The position numbers and the translations under genes are program-made. From Takakia lepidozioides (Eukaryota; Plantae; Bryophyta), in NCBI GenBank assembly GCA_030704615.1, contig CM060732.1:37386001-37450000 (forward strand): 64,000 bases of DNA, in the 5' to 3' direction. Positions 23,056 through 34,424 of the stretch are shown here, in pieces. The notes below the pieces were generated by a model. It was not told where the DNA came from. It saw only the letters and a program-made list of their open reading frames with translations, and made no database searches. Positions within the stretch are counted from its first letter, which is position 1, and every line of letters starts with the position of its first letter.

Positions 23056-24754
23056 GAGCACCTTGGTTAAAAGAATGAAGATCAACATCTGCCTCCATTA
23101 CGTGAAGGTGATTAAAGATGTGTTGCAGCTAACACTGTAAGAAAGTTTAGGGTTCACAGAAAGTGTCAAAACAAATGTTTAGGGTTTAGGGTTTACAGAA
23201 AGTGTCGAAACAAATGTAGCAGTACAACGCGGATGCACCGGGTGCAAGATAAACACAATCCGTGCAAACAAGTTTTAGGGGGGGCAGTTATGCACCCCTG
23301 GAAAAATTTCAGATCCTGTGGATCAAACCTAAAAGGAGAGATCCTGAGAGACAGGAAACTAGAATAGAAGGTGTCCTGAAATACAACTGCAAACGTGCAA
23401 GAGGCAAAAGTGCGTATGAGAACTATTTCACTGGATGCACATGATAATAGAACCCTATCTCTGTTTTGCAAGAGAATGGACACACTAGGAACAACTTAGA
23501 TGCAGATCTCACATGCGCTATTCGAGAAGGAGTTTATGGCATGCACTATCGTATAGACACAGAACACATAACAATGCAATGATCTAAAGCAGGGGATACA
23601 AACGCATCTAAAACTCGACTTCGAAAAACTCAACAACTTCAAAGGGTAAGATCACGAGGCAAGACCACGAGGCAAGATCATGCAAAGTAGTGAAGCCAAA
23701 TCTTTATAAACCCCAGACTAGTTTCGCTCAGCACGTGAGCTCATCAGTGGGAAAGAAAAGGAATGAGATACGAACCCCACCCCCCGCTTATATACTACTA
23801 GGAGTGAACTGCCTCGTGTGGACAATCTTCCAGTGGATGTCTCGTGAGGAGAAAAACCATCCAACAAATGTCTCGGTGGGAGAAAATCATCCAGTGGATG
23901 AAAACAAGTTCTCGACAAGAGAGAACCAGATCCAAAGAATAAAAATCATCCAAATAGTTAATTGCATATCTCTCAAATACAACTAATTTCATGAGTTTAT
24001 GACTATGCAACAACCAATTATGGTGAAGTTAGAGCTTGTTGTGCAAAGTCATAAGGGCTGAAACCACTTCGAGAGGAACGTAAAACTCGTAAGAGCTTTG
24101 CACATGCAGACCATCGCGCAACCATCGTCTTGCTAAAGCCTGCAGCTGTGTTGTCCTGAACGTGTCCAACCACGATCCTCACCTTCCGATCTCCAAGAAG
24201 AAACACGGCTCGGTCTTTGTATTGTTGCCTCATCAAATGAATGAGCACCTTGGTCAAAAGAATGAAGATCAACATCTGCCTCCATTACGTGAAGGTAATT
24301 AACGATCAGTTGCAGCTAACACTGTAAGAAAGTTTAGGGTTCACAGAAAGTGTCAAAACAAATGTAGTAGTACAACGCGGATGCACCGGGTGCAAGATAA
24401 ACACATTCCGTGCAAACAAGTTTTAGGGGAGCCAGTTATGCATCCCTGGAAAAATTTCAGATCCTATGGATCAAACCTGAAAGGAGAGATCCTAAGAGAC
24501 AGGAAACTAGAATAGAAGTATGCGAGGTGTCCTGAAATACAACTGCAAACCTATGCAAGAGGCAAAAGTGCGTATGAGAACTATTTCACTGGATGCACAG
24601 GAGAATAGAACCCTATCTCTGTTTTGCAAGAGAATGGACACACTAGAAACAACTTAGATGCAGATCTCACATGCGCTACTCGAGAGGGAGTTTATGGCAT
24701 GCATTATCGTATAGACACAGAGCACATAACAATGCAATGATCTAAAACAGGGGA
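23056..24754 (-). mobile_element. tandem array (~1.5 units) of hammerhead/telomeric-repeat family X, unit ~1.15-1.19 kb
   Basis: 23056-23176 repeats at ~24244-24362, and 23195-23595 repeats at ~24343-24754; TTTAGGG repeats at the 23177 junction; interrupted by an LTR at 24755. Confidence 0.85.
23711..23752 (-). ncRNA. minimal type I hammerhead ribozyme (intact core)
   Basis: Minus strand reads UCCCA-CUGAUGA-GCUCA(CGUGC)UGAGC-GAAA-CUAG-UC/UGGGG; cleavage between 23716 and 23715. Confidence 0.9.
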
Positions 24755-26711
24755 TGTCAATGACGAGAACATGACTAAACACAAACAAGAGATAAGACTA
24801 GAGGTACAAGGCTAGACAAGAAGTCAAGGTCGGCGTGGCTGAATGCACGATGAGTAAATATGAATCAAGATGATATTTATAACAATGAACAAGAGTACAA
24901 GATATTGGAACACAACTTGAATACTGGAATGCTGGAAACTAGACTTGAGTACCAGATACTGGAAACTGGGCTAGAGTACTGGGAACTGGACTGGAGTACT
25001 GGAAACTGGAAACAAGAGTAGCTTGAACTGGTGTTGGAGAGACTGAAGAGTGTCCAGTCTCGTCTCCTATATATACTAGTTACTAAGAAGTTTCCCTAAG
25101 AAGCTGCCCCTATGGAGGTTTCTTGCTGGAGAAATTTCCAAGATTAAACAAAGGTTTCTTGATGAAGAAGCTTCCTTAAACAAAGGAGGTATCTTGATGG
25201 AGAAGTTTCCTCCAAAGGAAGCTTCCTGAGTAGTTTCCCAAGTTACTCTTGGTAATTTGGTAAACTCCCGGTAATTTGGTAAGTAATGGTAAATTATGGT
25301 AGATCATGATAAATATCGGTAAGTCATGGTAACTTCTGGTAACATGATAACTTGGTAACTTCTGGTATTTACTCCTTATAAGTTCCTCTGGGCTATGTCC
25401 GTGACATCACCCCCTCCTCTAGCGCAGAGTTCCTCGAGGAGCGGTAAAATCTTGGACTTGCTTAGAGTTGGAGAAAATCCAAAATCCGGCGAATGGTACT
25501 TGCCAAGCATTCGGCTCTTCGTTCTTGACTCAAATGATTTATAGGTCCCTGCAACCATCGATAGTGTCTAACACCTTGAACTTGGGACCACGCAGTGATT
25601 TGAGCATTCTGATTTTCGAAGTTGCCTTCAAACATGATTTCGTTGTCATCTGGGTCCGAAGCCTCAACTCCAACAGGATTATCAGACTTCGAGTAGGCTC
25701 CACTTGCTGTCGTACGGGGTTCAGACGAGGAAGTACGCGTCACATTGGTGGCCCATCGTCTCGAGAGCATCGGCATGATGTTGAAGGTCGTGAGAGTCGG
25801 AACGGTTGATCTGGTAGCTGGGTAAGCGACAACTCCAATGTATCTGGTTCCTGTGACTCCATACTGCCAATACAAGATGCAGGAGTGTTGAAGTGTAGCT
25901 ATATATAGATGTGTGGTGCTCATCCCTCCTTAGCATGTATCAGATAAATTGAATGTGGAGTCTTCACCTTGAAGCTAACTTGGCTGACATCATCGTTGAG
26001 ACGTCTTATTGACGTGTAGCTCGGCTTAGCTGGATATCGTTGATGATGAAACTCTTGGACTTTGTCAGATGCATTGACGAGGTTGGATGAAGGTTTCCAC
26101 GTTCGTTCGCTGATGTCGTAGTCTTTCCAATGTACGAAATATTCAAGACGTTTATACTTGATGCGAGAGAGGACTTCGTCGACTTCATACTCAATTTCCT
26201 GATTAACTTCGATTGGTGGAGGTGGTACGGAGACTCTCCCTGGAATATTCGATGGATGATACAACTCCAATAATGAAACATGAAAGACTGGATGGATGCG
26301 CATACTTCGTGGGAGTTCAAGCCGAAAACTGACCGGATTTATTTGTCGAATAATTTTGAATGGGCCCAGGCGTTGATAATCCAACTTCCTTGATGGTCGC
26401 GAGGTTTGTATGTCCCGTCGAAGAAGCCACACACGATCTCCAACCTTGAACTGGGGTTGGAGTTGGCGACGTGATCTGCATACTCTTGTATTGTTTTTTA
26501 GCTTCTGCGAGGTGAAATGTAAGCTCCTTGTGAATCGTAGCAAGATGAGTAGCAAGGTAGCAAGGTTTCTTGCAGCAGGGCTTTTCAACAGTCTTCATGT
26601 GGAAAGGGTTTGCTCGAGGATGATGACCATAATTGGAGAAAAATGGAGTTTGTTGGGTCGAAGAATGTATAGTGTTGTTGTAGGCAAACTCAGTCAATGA
26701 CAGAAGGTCCG
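24755..26711 (-). mobile_element. Ty3/Gypsy chromovirus 3' remnant (integrase C-terminus, chromodomain, PPT, 3' LTR)
   Basis: LTR 24755-25406 with TGTCA..TGACA termini; PPT AGAGGAGGGGG adjacent on the minus strand; AYNN/TPFF, LGPFKI, HPVFHVSLL and chromodomain EYEVDEVL..YFVHWKDY. Confidence 0.88.
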
Positions 26712-27460
26712 TGTCGCGCTGCTTTTACTCACCCATCCCTTCGCTATCCGAGGTGGGAACTCCAAGATAGAAGAGTTGGAAATCTCTAAGCACTCAGCCC
26801 GTTCAGAACAATCAGTCATGACCTACAGCTAGTGTATCATGGGGGTGTTTCCTATTTGTACTCCTTCCGCATTATGTTAGCGAGTTTCCCTTACTATCTG
26901 CAATTAAGTATCAGTTTGCTTCAGAAATCTATCAAGTTCATCCATTCATTCCACAGCTTCACTCAGGGTCTCTTACACAGTGTGAGTATGAAGTATGTAT
27001 CAGATTAATATTATCAAGTATCAGGCTGAAGCCATGGTGTCTCTATTCTACTACATTACAACTCTACTTCTTGCATTCAGCCAGTATAACAGATCGTTTT
27101 CCTCCTACTCCGTGCTCTCCCTCTTTCCTCAGAGATGCGCTCTCCGCTTCATTTCCAAGTTTGATCCCCACGAAGTGATCTCCTCCAGTCCCCGCTCCTC
27201 GTTATCTTCCTTTCCGTGGTTTCTAACCGTTTCCTCACTAACCGTCATCCGTGAACAACATGTTCCATTCGCAGATGTTGTTCCCCACAGTCGTTCCCTG
27301 TCCTGCTATCCGTTCTCTATGGTTGTGAAGCTGTGTCAAGCTGTGTGAAAATTGTGACTGGCTGTGGCCTGTGTTGGGCGTGGTGAGGGCTGTGTCGAGC
27401 TTGTGATGGCTGTGTCGGTGTGTCGGACTTGACGGGCTGTGTGTTGGCTGTGACGGGGTG

Positions 27461-30400
27461 TGTCGCGGCCCTTTGCCTTGAGGGCAGGGGGTCGGGACAC
27501 ATGAGGGGCTGCCCCTGTGGTGGGGGCAGCGGCAGCGATAGGTATGGGGGGCTGAAGCACCCTTGAGTGCCCAAGACACCCAAGGAGGCGGAGGCGCTCA
27601 CTAGGTGGAGCCCCGCACACCGGGTTGCGGTGGAGGTGGCTCCACAAGGTGGTGTGGTAGCTTAGTGGGACTTAGTGGGGTGGCATAGGACTCACCATGG
27701 GGTGGAGACCTCGAGGTGGGAGTCGTGGGGAGTCTTGGGACTCATCACGGTCCATTGGGGCGCGGTGAGTGGGCCAAGACTCACCGCGACTCACCACCGG
27801 GAGTCGAGGGTTTTCGTGGTGGTGGTTCGCCATAAAATGGCATGGCTGGTTATGAAACCCCGCGGACAGCTACAGAAGTATATATAGGGAGTAGTAACCC
27901 GAGAACGGTGCAAGCCCGTTGGTGACCAAAACTAGTGAGTAAGCGAGCGAGCCGGAAAGCGACCAAAGAGTGGGGAGCTGTTCCGGACTGCCATCTACAA
28001 AGGGAATTCTCCTAGTCCCAAATAGGTGGAGGGTTTAGAGGGAAGCGGAAGGGGACCGTTATGTCCCGGTGAGCAGCCGAACTCCAAGTTGGCCCGGCGG
28101 CCAGGTTGGGAGTCAGGCGCGCGCATCAAAGCGAGTAACTATGACTTGAAGGGGAGTTTACCGAACTGAGGTGTGCGACATTTGGTATCAGAGCTTAGAG
28201 TTCAGTACGCGATCGTCCTTGGGATTGGCCTCATCATGGGGTCGGGCAAGCCGAAGCGAAAGCGGAACGGCCCAAAAGATGATGATCCCGGTGAGCCCGA
28301 TGGGGGCGACGTGTCACCGAGGCGGCCGTTTGAGGAAGCGATTAATGTTTCCGAAAACGAGGCCGCTCAGGAGCGGGAGGAATCCGAGGAGTCGGAGCCC
28401 GAGGAATCTTTGAGAGCTCCGACAAACCAAGAGATGCCTCCCATGCCGGCAGCCTTTTGGGAAGGGTTGTTGGCGCAGTTTGGCGGGACGTTGAAAGACG
28501 TGTTGAAGGCGGCTAATGCCACTTCCACCAAGGCAAAGTTTAAGGTGAAGCCTAAGGAACCCGGCACCTTCGAGGGCGTTCGAAACCGGAAGGCACTCAA
28601 CACCTGGCTCCTGGAGCTAGAGCAGTACTTCCGGGCGGCCAAGTTGAGTGACGAGGATCGGGTGGAAGTGGCTCCCACCTATTTGAGGGGCTATGCTCAA
28701 CAATGGTGGCAGAAACGCCTTCACGACCGAGGCCCAAGCCCGGAAACCTTGAACTGGAGTGAGTTCAAGGAATTGATGAAGAGACAGTTTGTGCCCCTCA
28801 ACGCATCCTGGCTTGCCCGGGACAAGATGAGGAATTTGAAGCAAACAGATGACATTCGGGGGTATGTCCAGGCTTTCAATGTGCTGTTGCTCGAAGTCGC
28901 GGACATGGCAGAACCAGAAATGGTCTTCAACTTTGTGGCGGGACTGGCCCCATGGGCTAGGCGGAAGTTGGAGGAGAAGCCACCCAAGACTTTGAACGAG
29001 GCAATTGAGAGAGCTGAATGTTTCTCGGATGTCCCTAGGGGTGAGAGACAAGGCCGTACGGAGCTGAACCACAAGAAGACCGGCGGGAAGGTGACTCCTC
29101 CCGACCGGAAAAGAAGTGGGATAGGCCACGCGGCGAAAATGGCACGTGGAAATCGAAGGGAGGTCCTTCACACGTCAAGGCGGCACCCGGTGCTTCGAAA
29201 GGAAAAGCGGGTGGAGGAGCGACTTATGGCGGACAGAAGGCGACCTTGATGGAGTGTGTTTCAATTGCGGGGAGCCCGGGCACATGGCCAAGAAGTGCAC
29301 GAAGCCCCGGCAATTGAACATGACTCGGGCGACCACGGAGCTGTCGGAAGATACCATCAGTCGCTTGGTGGAAGCGGTGGTCGCCAGGACTTGCAAGGTA
29401 GGCAAATTTTCTTGTGAGTTGTATCAGGAAACTGGCGCCTTACGAAAGGGAGTCAGTTATTGTTCGTGGATGGGATAATATCCGGAACTAATGTGTCGTT
29501 GTTGGTGGACACAGGAGCGTCGCACTCCTTCATGACGCCGGCGGCGGCGCGAAAGTTGGGACTCCCGACAAGTGACGTGGGGGCCTCTATTGAGGTGCGC
29601 TCTGCCAAAGGAGAACCTCAGTTGGCGACAAGGTTGGCGTTTGATGTTCTCTTCAACTGGGGTTGGGAGGGACGTGAGAACTTCACTATCTGCGAGATCG
29701 ATGGAGTGGATCTCATTTTGGGAATGACCTTTTTGAGCAAATCCGGAGCGGTCATAGATGGCCGCAAGAGAGTAGTCACGCTGCCATGTGGGAATGGTGG
29801 CGAGGTTTTACGAGTGTCGGAAACGCCCAAATCCGTGGGAGGGCGAATAAACCTTCTATCAGCAAAGGAGTGGGCCGTGGAGGAGCACACGAGTCCCAGT
29901 TTTTGCTTTACATTAGAGAAGTGAAAGGAGAAGGCGATGGGGAGCCGAGCCCAGATTGGATCAAGGGGATTTTGGAGAAATACCAGGATGTGATGCCGGA
30001 GGATTTACCAAGCGGCTTGCCACCGCGAAGAGGAGTTGACCACAAAAATTGAGGTGATACCGGGATCGGAACCGCCTGCCAAGGCGCCCTACCGGTTGAG
30101 CCACAAAGAGTTGGTCGAGCTGAAGACTCAGCTCAAAGATCTAATGTCAAAGGGGTACATCCGGCCGAGTAAGTCACCTTACGGAGCCCCGGTGCTATTT
30201 GCAGACAAGAAGGATGGGACGCTGCGGATGTGTGTCGATTACAGGGCTCTGAATAAGGTGACTATCAAAAACCGGTACCCTTTGCCAAGGATCGACGACC
30301 TCTTCGATCGGTTGGCAGGAGCGAAGTATTTCAGCCGGATCGACTTGCGCTCCGGCTATCACCAAATTCGGGGGTGGCGAAGGAGATGAGGAGAAGACCG

Positions 30401-33400
30401 CGTGCAGGACAAGGTATGGTTCATATGAGTTCTTGGTGATGCCTTTTGGGCTCACCAATGCACCAGCGACATTTAGCACGCTGATGAACAGCCTTTTCCA
30501 GGAGTGGTTGGATGACTTTGTGATCGTGTACATCGACGACATCTTGTGTACTCGAAAACAAAGGAGGAGCACCTGGAGCACCTCAAAAGGGTGTTCCAAA
30601 AATTGCGAGAAGGGAAGCTGTATGCCAAAGCTTCAAAGTGCGAATTCGGGGTCACAAAAGTGGAGTTCTTGGGGCACGTGATTACACAGGATGGGATCAA
30701 AATGGATGACAGAAAGGTGAGGGCGATCTTGGACTGGGAGCCTCCGACTTCGGTCCCGGGAGTGCGATCCTTCCTAGGACTCGCCTCCTATTACCGGAAG
30801 TATGTGAGAAATTTCGCCAAGATCGCGGGGCCGCTGTCGGACCTTCTGTGTAAATCCAAAGTCTGGGTATGGAACACATTTTGTGGCCAAGCTTTTGCTG
30901 AATTGAAGCAGCGGATGACGGAAGCTCCAGTCTTAAAAATCCCGGAGTTCGATCGTCCGTTTGAGATTCATACAGATGCATCGGACTTCGCAATTGGGGT
31001 GTACTTATGCAAGATGGACGTCCAGTGGCTTACGAAAGTAAGAAACTGAATGAAGTGGAGCGACGGTGGCCGACGCACGAAAAAGAGATGAAGGCGGTGG
31101 TACATTGCCTTGAACTCTGGCGCCACTATGTTGGTTCCAACCCAGTGAAGGTGTTCACGGACAATGTCACGGTGAAGTATTTTGCCACGCAGCCCAAGTT
31201 GTCCCCAAAACAACTTAGGTGGCAAGATACTTTGGCAGTGTTCGACGTGGATATCCAGTACAAACCGGGACGGGACAATGTGGTGGCCGATGCTTTAAGT
31301 AGAAAGCAAGTAGCTCTTGTTGGTGTACAAGGGCGAGACGGCGCTCCAAAGGAAGATCCGGAAGGCTTGCCGGAAGGATGAGCTGGCAAAGTGCGTGATG
31401 CAGAACTTGAGAATGGGGGTTAAATCGCAGTTCCACTTGCAAAACGGACTGCTTGTATAAGCAAAAACGTCTCTATGTGCCAAAGGGAGGGATCAGGGAT
31501 AGTCTCTTGAGAGAATGCCATGATAGCCCGCTTGCGGGCCACGGTGGAGCCAAGCGCACTGCGGCACTCTTGAAGAAAGAGTATTTCTGGCCCAAACTGA
31601 GGGAGGAGGCAGAGGAGTATGTTAAGACATGCACCACATGCCAACAAAACCGGAGCGAGTATAAAAAGCAAGCGGGGCTGTTACAACCCTTGCCGATTCC
31701 AGAGGGGACTTGGGAAAGCGTCTCGATGGATTTTTGACTGCTATGCCGCTGTCAAAAGGATTCGATGCAATCATGGTGGTGGTAGATAGGTTCAGTAAAA
31801 TGGCCCATTTCATCCCCACCAAGGAGACGGCAACTGCGCAGGAGACAGGGCGACTTTACTTCGCCCACGTCTTAAAGCATCATGGAGTCCCGAAGGATAT
31901 TGTCTCGGACCGCGATCCAAAGTTTACGAGTAAATTCTGGAGAGCACTTTGGAAGAAGATGGGGACGAGGCTGAAGATGAGCACCGCCTTCCGACCTACG
32001 ACGGACGGCCAAACGGAAAGAGTGAATTCCGTAGTGAAGCAATTCTTGCGGAATTACGTGTCGGCAGACCAATCAGACTGGATGGAACACTTAGACGCGG
32101 CAGAGTTTGTTATAATAACACAGAACACTCCGCGACGGGAGTTTCCCCTTTGTGTTGGTCTATGGAAAAGCACCTCTGGTGCCGACAAGTTGGGCCGCCC
32201 AGGACGTTGAGGAACCGGCAGTAGCGGCGGTACTGGAAGAACGCGAGCGTTTGTTGAAGCGCAAAGTACAACATTGCCAAAGCTAGGAAACGGTATGAAA
32301 GGCAGGCGAATCGGAAGCGGAGGGAAGTGAAGTTTGAGGCAGGCACAGAGGTCTGGTTGAACATCAAGAATTTTCGACTACCTCCGGAAATGAGTCCGAA
32401 GTTCGTACCTCCGTATATGCGGGTCCCTTTCGCATTCGGAGGGTTATGAATGAGGATGTGTATGAATGGAGCTGCCAGCAAACAGCAAGGTGCACCCAGT
32501 AGTATTCCATGTCTCCCTTTTGAAGCCTTACTTCAAAGATGAAGCACGTCCGAATCGGCAGCAAGTGTTGCGTCCGCCACCTATGCTGTTGGATCATGAA
32601 AATGAACCCGAGTACGAGGTGGAGGCAATACTTAAGTCGAGGAGGTTCAAGAACCGAGAAACGGAGTATCTCGTCAAATGGAAGGGCTATCATCTTGTGA
32701 GGCATCTTGGGTGCGTGCCTCAGAAATGGGAAACGCATCCGAGGCAGTTGCAGCGTTCGAAGGGCGACCTCAAAAGCGGAAGAAGCGTTGATGGGACATC
32801 AACCTTGGAGCGTGGGGGAGGAAATGCATGCTTAGCCCGGTTTAGCTAGCTCAGGAATCCGATTGCAAAAACTTGTATTGTAAAAAAAATTTGTGATAAA
32901 GGAAATGGGTTCCAAATATTGTGCGTCCTATTGTGTTTGGAATGGTGATGCATGGGTGGTGTTGGCTGGTGTGTAGAATGCATGCTAGCTTACAAAAGTG
33001 GGAGAGGTAAATTGGGTTAATCGTGTGTTTGCGCAGTGCCGAAATCGGGTGACTCCCATCCAAGGGGCAAGGAAACTTGCGCCTTATTTGGGAGTTCAAG
33101 TGCTAGTGCGCACCTGGCGCGTGCGCGTACTATAACTGCGCTACCGAGGGGGTTGCCTTGTAGTGCGGGCTAACGCGGAAGCTACGTGCTTCCGTTCACG
33201 TACTATAATCGTGTAGCCTCGGGACGAAGTCGTAGTGCGGCTTCGGCGTGTTCCCGTACCTCAGGCCAGCATTCCAAGGCGGACCCAATTGTAGTGATTG
33301 GGGCACGGTTGGTTCAAGGTTATCTTCCTAGTCAAAGAGGGTTCCAGGTGAACCCTTGCTCAAGGTGATGCCAAAAGCGGCATCATGAGCGATCGCAAGC

Positions 33401-34417
33401 AATGTTGTTGCAGTAAGGCGATTCGATCCTCGGGGAGGATCGTTCCTTGGCCTTGAAGTAGGCCAAGAAGAGTGCACTGGGAGGAGCTGGAGAGAGGCTC
33501 CACCCTTGGCCGGGACTTGGAGGAAGTCGGCCGAACTAGCTAGTGGAGAGTGGAGTCAAGTGTGGGGTTTGGTTCTTTGCCATGGGACGCCATGGTACGG
33601 AAACAAACTCCTTGATGTGGGACGCCACAACTTGGATGTTCGTTTCTACAAAATGGACAAGTCGATGAGGACATCGACTCCCTGTTGGTAGGGGTGTGTG
33701 TCGCGGCCCTTTGCCTTGAGGGCAGGGGGTCGAGACACATGAGGGGCTGCCCCTGTGGTGGGGGCAGCGGCAGCGATAGGTATGGGGGGCTGAAGCACCC
33801 TTGAGTGCCCAAGGCACCCAAGGAGGCGGAGGCGCTCACTAGGTGGAGCCCGCACACCGGGTTGCGGTGGAGGTGGCTCCACAAGGGGTGGTGGTAGCTT
33901 AGTGGGACTTAGTGGGGGTGGCATAGGACTCACCATGGGTGGAGACCTCGAGGTGGGAGTCGTGGGGAGTTGGGACTCATCACGGTCCATTGGGGCCGCG
34001 GTGAGTGGGCCAAGACTCACCGCGACTCACCACCGGGAGTCGAGGGTTTTCGTGGTGGTTCGCCATAAAATGGCATGGCTGGTTATGAAACCCCCGCGGA
34101 CAGCTACAGAAGTATATATAGGGAGTAGTAACCCCGAGAACGGTGCAAGCCCGTTGGTGACCAAAAACTAGTGAGTAAGCGAGCGAGCCGGAAAGCGACC
34201 AAAGAGTGGGAGCTGTTCCGGACTGCCATCTACCAAAGGGAATTCTCCTAGTCCCAAATAGGTGGAGGGTTTAGAGGGAAGCGGAAGGGGACCGTTATGT
34301 CCCGGTGAGCAGCCGAAACTCCAAGTTGGCCCGGCGGCCAGGTTGGGAGTCAGGCGCGCGCATCAAAGCGAGTAACTATGACTTGAAGGGGAGTTTACCG
34401 AACTGAGGTGTGCGACA
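27461..34417 (+). mobile_element. near-complete Ty3/Gypsy chromovirus LTR retrotransposon
   Basis: LTRs 27461-28180 and 33699-34417 (TGTCGC..GCGACA); PBS TGGTATCAGAGC (tRNA-iMet) at 28183; full gag-pol domain set. Confidence 0.95.
28236..32792 (+). CDS. Gag-Pol polyprotein (frameshifted in this assembly)
   Basis: Gag, [14 protein letters not shown] knuckle, protease LVDTGAS, RT ([21 protein letters not shown]), RNase H (TDASD), integrase ([23 protein letters not shown]), chromodomain [16 protein letters not shown]. Confidence 0.9.
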
Positions 34418-34424
34418 CTGTGTA

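Noticed and set aside
26712-27460. Additional LTR starting TGTCGCG
   Set aside because: No matching terminus or partner LTR in the window.
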